From: Candidatus Versatilivorator sp.
Lineage (GTDB): Bacteria > Acidobacteriota > Terriglobia > Versatilivoradales > Versatilivoraceae
Length of the DNA: 64,000 bases
Reading direction: 5' to 3'
Assembly: GCA_965207735.1 (NCBI GenBank)
Contig: OZ242296.1
Coordinates: 4,192,001-4,256,000 of the forward strand
Numbering within the stretch: the first letter of the stretch is position 1; each line of letters opens with the position of its first letter. The position numbers and the translations under genes were made by a program. The notes beneath the pieces are model-generated. The model did no database searches. It had not been told where the DNA came from and worked only from the letters and a program-made list of their open reading frames with translations. This document shows, piece after piece, positions 9,831-20,096 of this stretch.

Positions 9831-12470
9831 ATGACCGTTGTCACCGCGAATCTCCGACTCGCCCGAGAACTCCAGCAGGAATACGACCGGGAACAGCAGG
9901 CGGCAGGGCTGTCCTGCTGGCCGACGCCCCGCATTCTTCCCTGGTCGGCATGGCTTTCCGAACTGTGGAGAGAGGCGTTGTTTTCCCGTCGTGCGGAAAC
10001 CGCCCGACGCCTCCTCCGTCCAACGGAAGAACGGACAATCTGGGAAGACATCATCCGTTCAATGCCCGATAACCCGCTGCTGGAAGTCCCCAGGACCGCC
10101 GAGTCGGCACTGTCCTCCTGGAATCTTCTGTGGGCCTGGCATATTCCCCTGGACCCCCCGGAGTGGAGAGATCAAGAGGATTCCGAGACCTTTCGGTCGT
10201 GGGCCGAGGAATTTGGCCGCCGCTTCCGCCGGAATGGGTGGTTGTCAGGCGCCGAACTTCCGGCGCTTGTGGCGGATCTCATCGAAAGGGGACGCCTTCC
10301 GGTCCCCGGCCAAGTGGAATTTGCAGGCTTTCTTGAGCCGACGCCTGCCCAACAAAGGCTGTTCGACTCCCTGGCTGGGCGCGGGACGGAAGTTCGCCAC
10401 CGCGAAATCCCCCAAACAGCCGGCAAGGCCGTGCGCCTGGGCCTGAGGGATGCCGACCGTGAAATGAGGGCCGCCGCCCAATGGGCGCGCCGGATTCTGG
10501 AAAACGACCCGGAGGCGGCAACCCCGAATTTTCGAATCGGCGTCATCGTTCCCGATCTGGGAGGGCGCCGTAGCCAGATCGAGCGTGTTTTCGCCGACAC
10601 CCTGCATCCCCGTACCCGGCTGCGCCAGGACCTGGACCCCAAGAGGCTCTTCAACATCTCGCTGGGGTTGCCGGCGGCCGACTACCCCCTCATCGAGGCG
10701 GCCTTCCTGCTGCTTGCGACCGATCCCCGGAAAATTCCAATCGAGGTCGCCGGCCGACTCTTGCGATCGCCGTTTCTGCAGGGTTCCGAGGAGGAATTCA
10801 CGAGCCGGGCCCTGCTGGATGTCGAATTGCGTTCCATGGGAGAGCCTTACCTTTCGCTGAGGGACATCATCGCCCCGGCCCGCGGCGGGGATGCCTCGCT
10901 TCGGTGCCCCCGGCTCGCCGGCCGGTTGCTCGCCTGGACGGAGCGGCACCAGGCGCTGCAGCCCAGCCGGCTGCCCAGCGACTGGGCTCCCGTCCTCTCC
11001 CAATTCCTGCAGGAGATCGGGTGGCCCGGAGATCGCGGTATCGACAGCATGGAGTTCCAGACGCTTGAAGTCTGGAATGAACTGCTCTCCGAGTTGGCCA
11101 GGCTCGACCGCGTCTGCGGGCACATCTCGCTGGGTACGGCCGTCGGCAAGTTGAGATACCTGGCTTCGACCCGGCAGTTTCAGCCGGAGTCCGAGCCGGC
11201 CCCTGTCCAGATTCTGGGCGTGCTGGAAGCCTCCGGCCTGCGCTTCGAGCGGCTCTGGATCATGGGGATGCACGACAATGCCTGGCCGGCGGCGCCGTCG
11301 CCCGATCCGTTTCTGCCGTTTCACCTGCAGCGGCGTTTCAAGCTGCCCCGCTCCTCCCCGGACCGAGAACTGGAGTTTGCCCGGACGTTCACCACCCGGC
11401 TCCTGGCAAGCGCCCCAACCGTGGTCGTCAGCCATCCGGAGCGGGATGGCGATTCCGATTTGAGAGTCAGCCCCCTCCTGACCGCACTGCCGGAAGTTGC
11501 CGAGGCCGACCTGAGGCTCCCGGCTTCGGACAGTTACCCGGAACAACTTCGGCGGTCGTCCCGAATGGAGACCATCCAGGACCACCGCGCCCCGCCGTGC
11601 GGCGATGTTCCCTTCAGAGCCGGGACCTCTCTGTTCAAGCTGCAGGCGGCCTGTCCCTTCAGGGCTTTTGCCGAGTTGCGCCTTGGAGCACAAGCGCCGG
11701 ACCAGCCCGAGCCAGGCTTGAACGCTCTCGACCGGGGACAACTGGTCCACCGCATTCTGGAGCATGTCTGGGAGAAGTTGCGATCCCACCAGGGATTGCT
11801 GTCGATGAGTGAGGAAGGACTGGTGGATCTGGTGCGTTCCGAGGCCGACGCCGAGATTCGGAAGTTCTCCAGACGCCGCCGGGTTCTGCGAAACGCCCGG
11901 TTTGCAGCCATCGAGCGGGAACGAATCGAACGCATTGTCGGGCAGTGGCTGCTCCTGGAAAAGCAGCGGCAACCATTCACCATGCTCGAACAGGAAACGG
12001 GACGGCGCGTGACACTGGGCGGCCTCCAGTTGAATATCCGAGCCGACCGGGTGGACCGCCTCGAAACCGGGGAGCTGGTCATTCTGGACTACAAGACCGG
12101 CGAGTGCAGCCCATCCGATTGGGACGGCTCCAGGCCCGATGAACCGCAACTGCCCATCTACGCCGTGACCGCCGACTCTCCGGTTGCAGGTGTCTTGTTC
12201 GGCAGGCTCAAGACCGGGAAGTTCGCCTTTCGAGGCTTGGCTGGTTCCGATGGCATTGTTCCCGGCGTCAAGGAACCCGACGATCAGCCGTCGCTGGGAG
12301 AAACGATTGAAGAGTGGCGGGAGGTCCTGGATCGGTTGGGCCGTGAGTTCAAGGCAGGACAAGCCATCGTGGACCCCAAGCGACCCCGCCAGACCTGCCG
12401 GCACTGCGCGCTGCCGGCGCTCTGCCGGATCGGCCAGGCCCCTTCCGAGGTGGAGGGCGATAGTGATTGA
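9831..12470 (+). CDS. addB: AddB-like DNA repair subunit, PD-(D/E)XK nuclease with Fe-S cysteines
   Basis: QAACPFRAF, RADRVD...ILDYKTG, PQLPIYA and CRHCALPALCR (1+3 Cys); overlaps the start of the UvrD-like gene. Confidence 0.75.
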   Translation: MTVVTANLRLARELQQEYDREQQAAGLSCWPTPRILPWSAWLSELWREALFSRRAETARRLLRPTEERTIWEDIIRSMPDNPLLEVPRTAESALSSWNLLWAWHIPLDPPEWRDQEDSETFRSWAEEFGRRFRRNGWLSGAELPALVADLIERGRLPVPGQVEFAGFLEPTPAQQRLFDSLAGRGTEVRHREIPQTAGKAVRLGLRDADREMRAAAQWARRILENDPEAATPNFRIGVIVPDLGGRRSQIERVFADTLHPRTRLRQDLDPKRLFNISLGLPAADYPLIEAAFLLLATDPRKIPIEVAGRLLRSPFLQGSEEEFTSRALLDVELRSMGEPYLSLRDIIAPARGGDASLRCPRLAGRLLAWTERHQALQPSRLPSDWAPVLSQFLQEIGWPGDRGIDSMEFQTLEVWNELLSELARLDRVCGHISLGTAVGKLRYLASTRQFQPESEPAPVQILGVLEASGLRFERLWIMGMHDNAWPAAPSPDPFLPFHLQRRFKLPRSSPDRELEFARTFTTRLLASAPTVVVSHPERDGDSDLRVSPLLTALPEVAEADLRLPASDSYPEQLRRSSRMETIQDHRAPPCGDVPFRAGTSLFKLQAACPFRAFAELRLGAQAPDQPEPGLNALDRGQLVHRILEHVWEKLRSHQGLLSMSEEGLVDLVRSEADAEIRKFSRRRRVLRNARFAAIERERIERIVGQWLLLEKQRQPFTMLEQETGRRVTLGGLQLNIRADRVDRLETGELVILDYKTGECSPSDWDGSRPDEPQLPIYAVTADSPVAGVLFGRLKTGKFAFRGLAGSDGIVPGVKEPDDQPSLGETIEEWREVLDRLGREFKAGQAIVDPKRPRQTCRHCALPALCRIGQAPSEVEGDSD

Positions 12471-15400
12471 CGAGGTCCTGGACCGAAAACAGCGTCTGCA
12501 GGCGCTAGACCCGACCCAGTCGTTCATCGTGCAGGCGCCCGCGGGTTCCGGAAAAACAGAATTGCTCATCCAGCGATTCCTGGGGCTGCTGGCGCAAGTC
12601 GAGCAACCCGAGGCCGTGGTCGCCGTCACCTTTACCCGAAAGGCGGCCGCGGAGATGCGCCACCGGGTCATCGCTGCTCTCCAGAGCGCCTCGGGACCGA
12701 AGCCCGCCACGCCGCATGAAGCTCACACCTGGTCACTGGCGCAGGCGGCGCTGGCTCGGAACAACGAACGCAACTGGTGCCTGACCGAGCATCCCTCCCG
12801 TCTTCGCATCCAGACCATCGATTCACTGTGCGCCCTGCTGGTTCGCCAGATGCCCTGGGTTTCGCAAATGGGCACTTCGCTCGGCCCCGAAGAAGACGCG
12901 GGGCGCCTCTACCTTCAGGCAGCCCGCCGAACGCTGGCCATGCTGGATCCCCAAGGGGGGCGGACTGAAATTTCCGAGGCCTTGTCGCAACTTCTCGCAC
13001 ACCTGGACAACAACGTCGGAACGGTGGAGCAACTGTTGAGCACCATGCTGGGGAAACGGGACCAGTGGCTGCGGCACGTGGCTGGAACCCAGCCTACGGA
13101 CGATCTACGCAAGGATCTTGAGTCCGCACTCAGACGGATTGTCGAGCGCGCCCTGAAACGGGTGGCGGCCGCATTCCCCGAAAACTTCAGGGACGTGACC
13201 GTTGGACTGGCCCGCTTCGCGGCCGGCAGCCTTCGAGAACAGCAGCGCGGCAGTGCCCTCGAGGCCTGCTTCGAGCTCCGTGATTTTCCGAATGCCGGCC
13301 TGGAGTCGTTGCCTCGCTGGCTGGGGCTGGCGGAGATGTTCCTGACCCAACAGGGAATCCGCCGCCGGACCCTGAACAAGAATCAGGGGTTCCCGCCAAC
13401 CCCTTTAGGACGTGGAGCCAAGGAGGTGTGGCGCGGGATCGAACTCGACGAGGAGGCCGTGGCCGCACTCCACGCCTTGAGATCGCTGCCACCGTCCCGC
13501 TTCCACGATGGGCAGTGGGAGGTGCTGGCCGCCCTTCTGCGCCTGTTGCCCGTGGCTCTCGGCCAACTTCAATTGGTCTTTCGGGAAGAAGGGAGTGTGG
13601 ACTTCAGCGAGATCGCGATTCGAGCACGAATCGCCCTGGGGACGGACGAGGTTCCCACCGACCTCGCCTTTGCGCTCGACTGCCGAATCCAGCATCTGCT
13701 GATCGATGAGTTTCAGGACACCTCCCAAAGCCAGTATTCACTGCTGGCCAGACTTATCGGCGACTGGCAGCCGGGAGACGGCCGCACCCTGTTTCTGGTC
13801 GGAGACCCGATGCAGTCGATCTACGGCTTTCGAGAGGCCGAAGTGAGCCTTTTTCTGAGTGCTCGGTCGAACGGGATCGGCGCTGTCCGGCTGACGCCGC
13901 TCACGCTCTCGGTGAACTTTCGTTCCAGTCCGGGAATCGTGGATTGGGTGAACCGCACACTGAGCCAGGCTTTCCCGGAAACGGAAAATGTGTTGACAGG
14001 CGCGGTGACTTACGAACCCTCGGTACCGTTCAAGGGAGACAGTCCCGGCAGGGACGTTCACTTGCATCCGTTTCTGACGGATGAGCCGGTGCTCGAGGAA
14101 GCCCGGCGCGTGATTGAAACCATCGAGAAAGCCCAGTCACAGAACCCGGGCGGGACCATTGCCGTGCTGGTGTTGGCCCGCAGCCACTTGTTCCATATCG
14201 TGGCCGCGCTTCGCCAAGGCGGAAAGAAGTTTCGCGCCGTGGAGATCGAGGCCCTGGGGGAACGCCAGGTGGTTCAAGACCTGATGTCGCTCACCCGGGC
14301 GCTCCTGCATCCGGCCCACCGGCTGGCCTGGTTGTCGATTCTGCGGGCGCCCTGGTGCGGTTTGAGGCTGGCGGACCTGGATGCGCTGATGGATGGCGAC
14401 TCCACGGCCGCGGTCTGGGATCTTCTTCAAGATCCGGCGAGACGAGAGCGGTTGTCTCCCGAGGGCAGGACACGCCTCGAGCGTCTGATCCCTCTGCTCG
14501 ACGATGCGCTGGCACGTCGGGCACGACTGCCGGTTCGCCGCTGGGTGGAGAGCCTCTGGATCGCCCTGGGCGGCCCGGCCTGCCTCGAGACGCGCGCGGA
14601 GCTCGAAGATGCCGCCGCCTACCTGGATCTGCTGGAGCGGTCTTTGGACGGCATGCAGCTCCTGGACGAGACCAGGTTCGCCGAAGAGGTCGCCGGCCTG
14701 TACGCGCCTTCCGACGTCGAAGCCGGCGAGGAGCTGCAACTCATGACCATCCACAAAGCCAAGGGGCTGGAGTTCGACACCGTAATCCTGCCGGGCCTGG
14801 GACGCCGCCCTCGGCATGACGATTCACGCCTGCTGCGGTGGCTGGAATACATGGACGGCGATGTGGCCCGCCTGCTGCTGGCGCCGATTCCCCGGGCCGC
14901 GGGCGACGGGGACGCGCTCTACGAATACGTGAAGAAGGCTGACCGGGATAAGCGGGTTCATGAAACCACCCGCCTCCTCTACGTGGCCGCCACCAGGGCC
15001 CGGAAAAATCTGCACTTGCTCGGACACACCAAACTCGATCCTGAGGGGGCGCGGTTGAGAGACCCCGATTCGCGCACCCTGCTGGCGAAGATCTGGACAA
15101 CCGTCGAGCCGGAATTCTCGGAACGTCTAAAGGACCGGGTAACTGAAGAAGTGGAAACGGAGGAGACCGTCGCCCCCGAGCCTCAAGGCATCCCTTTGCG
15201 GCGTCTGGCCGCCGATTGGACGCCCTCCCCTCCCCCGAAGGATGCGGTTTGGAAACCACGAAAACAGCCGGCCGGGACCGAGGACGTGGAGACACCCCAA
15301 CCAACCTTCGAGTGGGTGAGCGATCTGCAGCGGCGAGTGGGTACCGTCGTCCACGGGATGCTTCAGCAACTGTGCGCGCCGGACCGTCTCGACTTCGGCC

Positions 15401-15825
15401 GGGACGCTCTCCGTGTCGCGCTATTGCAGGAGGGACTCGACGGCGACAAGCTCGACCAAGCCCTGTCCCGAGCCGTTTCCGCTCTCAAAAACACCATTGC
15501 CGACGAACGCGGCCGTTGGATTCTTTCGCACCACCAGGACGATCAGAGAGAGTACGCACTCTCGACGGTCGTCCAAGGAAAAGTACGGAGATATGTCCTG
15601 GACAGGACCTTTGTGGCCGGCGGTACGCGCTGGATCATCGACTACAAGACGGGAACCCACTCCGGCGGGTCCCCGAAAGAATTCCTGGACAATGAGCAGG
15701 CGCGCTACCGCACTCAGTTGGAAACCTACGCGAGCCTGATCCGGTTCATGGACTCCCGCCCCATTCGCCTGGGTCTCTATTTCCCCATGCTTCAGGGCTG
15801 GCGGGAGTGGCCTTTCGCGAGCTAG
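12463..15825 (+). CDS. addA: AddA/RecB-like UvrD helicase-nuclease
   Basis: GTG start at 12463; QAPAGSGKT, TFTRKAAAEM, IDEFQDTS, VGDPMQSIYGFR, MTIHKAKGLEF, LYVAATRA and C-terminal IIDYKT nuclease motif. Confidence 0.82.
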   Translation: MIDEVLDRKQRLQALDPTQSFIVQAPAGSGKTELLIQRFLGLLAQVEQPEAVVAVTFTRKAAAEMRHRVIAALQSASGPKPATPHEAHTWSLAQAALARNNERNWCLTEHPSRLRIQTIDSLCALLVRQMPWVSQMGTSLGPEEDAGRLYLQAARRTLAMLDPQGGRTEISEALSQLLAHLDNNVGTVEQLLSTMLGKRDQWLRHVAGTQPTDDLRKDLESALRRIVERALKRVAAAFPENFRDVTVGLARFAAGSLREQQRGSALEACFELRDFPNAGLESLPRWLGLAEMFLTQQGIRRRTLNKNQGFPPTPLGRGAKEVWRGIELDEEAVAALHALRSLPPSRFHDGQWEVLAALLRLLPVALGQLQLVFREEGSVDFSEIAIRARIALGTDEVPTDLAFALDCRIQHLLIDEFQDTSQSQYSLLARLIGDWQPGDGRTLFLVGDPMQSIYGFREAEVSLFLSARSNGIGAVRLTPLTLSVNFRSSPGIVDWVNRTLSQAFPETENVLTGAVTYEPSVPFKGDSPGRDVHLHPFLTDEPVLEEARRVIETIEKAQSQNPGGTIAVLVLARSHLFHIVAALRQGGKKFRAVEIEALGERQVVQDLMSLTRALLHPAHRLAWLSILRAPWCGLRLADLDALMDGDSTAAVWDLLQDPARRERLSPEGRTRLERLIPLLDDALARRARLPVRRWVESLWIALGGPACLETRAELEDAAAYLDLLERSLDGMQLLDETRFAEEVAGLYAPSDVEAGEELQLMTIHKAKGLEFDTVILPGLGRRPRHDDSRLLRWLEYMDGDVARLLLAPIPRAAGDGDALYEYVKKADRDKRVHETTRLLYVAATRARKNLHLLGHTKLDPEGARLRDPDSRTLLAKIWTTVEPEFSERLKDRVTEEVETEETVAPEPQGIPLRRLAADWTPSPPPKDAVWKPRKQPAGTEDVETPQPTFEWVSDLQRRVGTVVHGMLQQLCAPDRLDFGRDALRVALLQEGLDGDKLDQALSRAVSALKNTIADERGRWILSHHQDDQREYALSTVVQGKVRRYVLDRTFVAGGTRWIIDYKTGTHSGGSPKEFLDNEQARYRTQLETYASLIRFMDSRPIRLGLYFPMLQGWREWPFAS

Positions 15826-17405
15826 GAGTCTGCGCCGCAGGACGATTTCGGAAAGTTCAAGAGCGAGAGGCTACTGCGCAAGGCCGGTTCCAAGGAGTGC
15901 TTGGGAGCCACTTGGGCGTTGATAGAGTCTCAAGCGTCCTGTGGGCTCCCACAATGGGCGGTTGAGGACCTCCGTGGCCCTGGGTATTGGGTGGAAATCC
16001 CTTGCTTCAGGCCGCCATCAACGCACTCATCCTCTTGATGTTGAGGGCCAGACACACCAAGTCCCACTCCCCCTGCACTGATTGCAAGCCCCGCAGACTG
16101 AACCGTCGGAATCCCAGCCCCTCCTTGATCCACCCATGAGGGGCTTCGGCAATCCACTTCCTCCGCCGATACTCCACCTGACCGGCTAGGCTGGCCAGCT
16201 TCTTCCTCATACGACTCTTGGCCGGATGCTTCCTGGGATCGATCTCTACCGCCCGCTTCCCCTCGCGCCCCAGCGCAACATAACCGTCCACTCCTCTCTC
16301 TTCCAGGGCCTGCAAGTCCTCCTCATTGCAGTAGCCCGCATCCGCCAGCACCTGTTTCGGTATCTCCTGGAAGCTCTCCTCCACCTCCTCCAGCAACTCC
16401 ATCATCTGCCCCTGATCGCTCGCCTGCGCCGTTACCTCGGTGGCCACAATGATCTGGTGCTCTCCGTCCACCGCCACCTGCGCGTTGTAGCATTGCTGGA
16501 ACCCCTCGGTGGAAGTCTTCATGATCCGGCTTTCCGGATCGGTGAAATTACTCTGCGCCTTCTCCTCCGGTTCTCCGTAGGCCCGCTTGTAGGGCCGTCG
16601 TGCTTTCGGGTTGCGGTCCTGTCCCGGTTTGCGCCCCCGCTCCTCATCGGCCTCCCGCTGGGCCGCCTCCAGCCGCTGCTTGGCCGCCTCGATCGCCGCC
16701 AGCCGGTCCTCCCGCCGCCGCAACTCCTCGGGCAACTCATCCCCACGCCGGTCTTCCCCGTACCGCTCATCTTCCTCCCGGTCCTCCCGCCGCGCCTTCT
16801 TCAACAACTCATGGATCTCTGCCTTCAGTTGCCGCTCCCGCTCCTTCATCCGACCATAGCTCATCGCCTTGCGCCGGCTCGCGTTCGCCCGCACCTTCGT
16901 CCCGTCGATCCCCAATCGCCCCAACCCCACCATCCCCATCTCCCGCGCCAAGCTCACCACCTGTACGAACAGCTGCTTGAAGTCCTTCAAATGCCGGCGG
17001 CGAAACTCGCACAACGTCCGATGCTGCGGAAAGTTCCCCGCCGCCAGCATCCGAAACGCCACGTCTTCCTCCAGCTTCCTCGCGATCTTGCGCGACGAGA
17101 ACACCCCTGTCGCATAGGCGTAAATCAACACCTTCACCATCATCCGCGGCTCGTAGGGCGAGTTGCGCCTCCCGTCCTCTTCATAGGGCCGGTAAAACGC
17201 TCTCAACTCCAGCCCATCCACCAACTCACTCACCTGATGGGCCAAGTGCCCTTCCGGTACCCACTCCCCCAGGTCCGGCGGCAACATCAACAGTTGCTTC
17301 GGCTGATACGGGCGAAACCTTGTCCCCATCCACCACCTCCTATGATGTCTCTAAGCCCGTTATTGTATCATTCAGCCCTGCCCGGGTTTTCTGCGGCGCA
17401 GACTC
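15826..17405 (-). mobile_element. IS1182-family insertion sequence, 1580 bp
   Basis: Perfect 15-bp terminal IRs GAGTCTGCGCCGCAG (15826-15840) and CTGCGGCGCAGACTC (17391-17405); CTAG target duplication at 15822-15825 and 17406-17409. Confidence 0.92.
16007..17329 (-). CDS. IS1182-family DDE transposase
   Basis: LLMLPPDLGEWVPEGHLA, YAYATGVFSSRKIA, IDGTKVRANAS, NFTDPESRIMK, LADAGY and GFRRFSLRG. Confidence 0.92.
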   Translation of the reverse strand: MGTRFRPYQPKQLLMLPPDLGEWVPEGHLAHQVSELVDGLELRAFYRPYEEDGRRNSPYEPRMMVKVLIYAYATGVFSSRKIARKLEEDVAFRMLAAGNFPQHRTLCEFRRRHLKDFKQLFVQVVSLAREMGMVGLGRLGIDGTKVRANASRRKAMSYGRMKERERQLKAEIHELLKKARREDREEDERYGEDRRGDELPEELRRREDRLAAIEAAKQRLEAAQREADEERGRKPGQDRNPKARRPYKRAYGEPEEKAQSNFTDPESRIMKTSTEGFQQCYNAQVAVDGEHQIIVATEVTAQASDQGQMMELLEEVEESFQEIPKQVLADAGYCNEEDLQALEERGVDGYVALGREGKRAVEIDPRKHPAKSRMRKKLASLAGQVEYRRRKWIAEAPHGWIKEGLGFRRFSLRGLQSVQGEWDLVCLALNIKRMSALMAA

Positions 17406-17635
17406 CTAGCTAGCATTTTTCGCCAAGTGTCGCACTGTCGAGACGCCTACAGAGAGGAAGGATCGTGATTGGCGTCGTTTTTGGGAGGCTGGGCGTTCCG
17501 GGAGGGTGCAGCCAAATCGTCGCTTACGCGGCTACCACAGCGCAGAATGCCCACGCCCCCGGGCTCACGCCCGGGGATTCCCAATAGGTTGAGCAACTCC
17601 ATCAAGAAAACCCCGCATGACGCTAGTGTCTCGCT

Positions 17636-18917
17636 TAGTGCATCACTCCAAAAATGCGATGATGTATTCGGTCAGGCCTAGGCAGCGGCAGTGTGAACCT
17701 CCAGAGCTTGGATTTTTTTGAGAAGCTTGTGGAGGTGACGGCGCGTGAACTTCCATTGGAAAGGACTGGCGGCCTGCTCGTAGTGCTGTTGAAATCGAAG
17801 GAGGCGATCGGCGATTTCAGCGGTGGATTCAAAGTGGTTGGGTGTGAGGACCTTTCTCTGAATCACCGAGAAATAGATTTCTATCTGGTTCAACCAACTG
17901 GCATGGACCGGCGTGTGAAGAGGAACAATGTTCGGCCATTGGGCCATCAGCCGGCGGTTACTGCGCTGGCCCCGATGGGAGGAGCCGTTGTCCATGATCC
18001 AGAACACGCGGCGAGCCGAACGATAGGGTTCCTCGGACATGACCTGGGAGACCAAACGCTGGAAGGGCGCAATGCCAGTGGTGTGCTCACATCGTCCGAA
18101 GATCCTGGCGCGCCGAACATCCCAGGCTGCCAAGTAGGCAAGGGCGCCGCGCCGGGCATAGGCATGTTCGACGCGCATGGCGTGGCGCGGCGCCGGAGGG
18201 AGGCTCGGATGTTCCCGCCGGCGGGCTTGGATGCTGGTCTTTTCGTCGGTCGACACCACGCAATCGGCATCGCTGAGGGGGCGTCCCTTCCAGATGCCTT
18301 CATAGAGATCCAAGATGGGGCCGGCCTTCTGGGCAAAGTGGGGATCTCGGGGAAAAATCCAGCTTCGGTGAAACCAAGGCCGAATCGCATCCTGTGACAA
18401 CCATCGCCAGATCGTGGTCTCTCCGATCGAAGCGACCAGTCCCCGACCAATGACCTCACGCTGTATCTCCGCCATGCTGAAGCGGGACAGCGGCAGACCA
18501 TAGGTATGAGGCAACTCACAGGCCAGCGACTTCACTTCAACGACCACTTCGGGGGGGAAAGCGAGGCGGCCGGCCTCTGCGGGGAGCCTCCTCCAACCCG
18601 GCCAGACGATATTGGAAGAAACGTTTGCGCCACTTACACACGATCTGGGCCGACGTATCCAGTCGGGTTGCGATGTCTTTGTTGTCGAATCCCTGGGAGG
18701 CGTAGAGAACGATCTTGGCCCTAATAACATCAATATACGATGATGTATATTTACGCGCCTTTGCCTCCAGAATTCTTTTTTCGGAATCGGTAAGAATGAT
18801 CCTGAATGGGCTTGTCTTTGGCATAGAATTCTCCCTCCCCTCGGGAAGAATCCTATCCCATTATGCTTAATACCGCCAGACTTATATATCATCGTATTTA
18901 TGAAATGGACTACTTAG
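17636..18917 (-). mobile_element. IS630-family insertion sequence (ends approximate)
   Basis: Imperfect IRs beginning with TA (TAGTGCATCACTCCAAAAATGCGATGAT vs TAAGTAGTCCATTTCATAAATACGATGAT) flanking a split IS630 transposase. Confidence 0.7.
17678..18824 (-). CDS. IS630 transposase in two overlapping frames (HTH ORF 18537-18824 plus DDE ORF)
   Basis: ORF-A RAKIVL...KWRKRF...PRRGRPPRF; ORF-B STDEKTSIQ, MDNGSSH, SWLNQIE; frames joined at TTTCCCCCCC (18560-18551). Confidence 0.85.
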
Positions 18918-19074
18918 CAGTCGACTCAAGGTTATAATCACCTCATAACAAATAACATAGAGACGATTTGAGGTGGTGGCGACTTGACTCTGCCTTAGGT
19001 ACGGGCCATTTTCAGCGGACCTGCCACCTGCCAGTCGAATTGCCGGGCATAGGCCGATTTCATAGTCTGTCCGG

Positions 19075-19660
19075 ATGTACACTGGCAAAACTCTTTTCGC
19101 TCAAGTCATGAGCTTCCTTCCTTGGACGACCTTCGCTCGGATCGTCGACCGTTACTCGGGGGACCGGCGAGTCCGCAACCTGCCCTGCACCGAGCACTTC
19201 CGCGCTCTCGCCTTCGCCCAACTCACATTGCGGGAGAGCTTGCGTGACATCGAAACGTGCTTGGCGGCCCATCCCGCCAAGCTCTACCATTCCGGCTTTT
19301 CGGCGCCGGTCAAACGCCCGACCCCGGCCCGAGCCAACGAGCGCCGCGACTGGCGCATCCAGGCCGATTTTGCCCAGCGCCTCATCGCCCGCGCCCGAAG
19401 ACTCTATGCCGGAGAACCGCTCGCTGTGGAACTGGCTGATACCGTCTATGCCTTGGACTCCACCACGATCGATCTGTGCCTGTCGGTCTTCCCCTGGGCC
19501 AACTTCCGAAGCACCAAGGCTGCCGTGAAGTTGCACACATTGCTGGATTTATGCGGATCCATTCCCAGCTTCATGCACGTTTCCGACGGCAAGTTCCACG
19601 ACGTCAACGTGCTCGATATCCTCGCTCCGGAACCGGGAGCCATCTATGTCATGGACCGCT
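19075..19660 (+). pseudogene. IS4-family (DUF4372) transposase, 3'-truncated
   Basis: MYTGKTLFAQVM, RESLRDIETCL, ALDSTTIDLCLSVFPWA and KLHTLLDL; similarity stops after IYVMDR and the final catalytic E region is absent. Confidence 0.85.
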
Positions 19661-20096
19661 CTGGGTCGCCGTCTTGGTGTACGAGCGCGTCGCCAACATT
19701 CGCAAACAACTCGAAATCCAGACCCCCCTCTAGCCTTCCCAAGTACCTCACAACCCCATGTCATTCTACAAGAACCAACAGATTCTGTAGGACCGGCCGG
19801 CCGTTCAAGTACTTTAGAATCTATAACTTCCGAAATTCAAACACGAATCCGAGAGTGGACTCTTCCCTAAGTACTTGATTCTATGGGACTTTTAACGAGA
19901 CACGAGTGCCCGCATGATTGAGCTTACGTGACAGAAGTGTGACTTCATGGTCTTTTTTAGTGAAATATAGGTGTCTTTGTGCATCGCGATGTTATGGTCG
20001 GCTTCGGAAAGGTTGGGCGCGACTCCAACCCCCGCTTCCATCGTGCCAACCGGCGGCTGTCCCCGGAAGGGTCCGCCTCCGACGGAGGATCGGCCA

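Noticed and set aside
12184-12462. Upstream extensions in the ORF track (12184, 19971, 31697, 37286, 40644, 45439, 5595, 9623)
   Set aside because: They overlap neighbours or repeats; downstream starts with RBS or signal peptides fit better.
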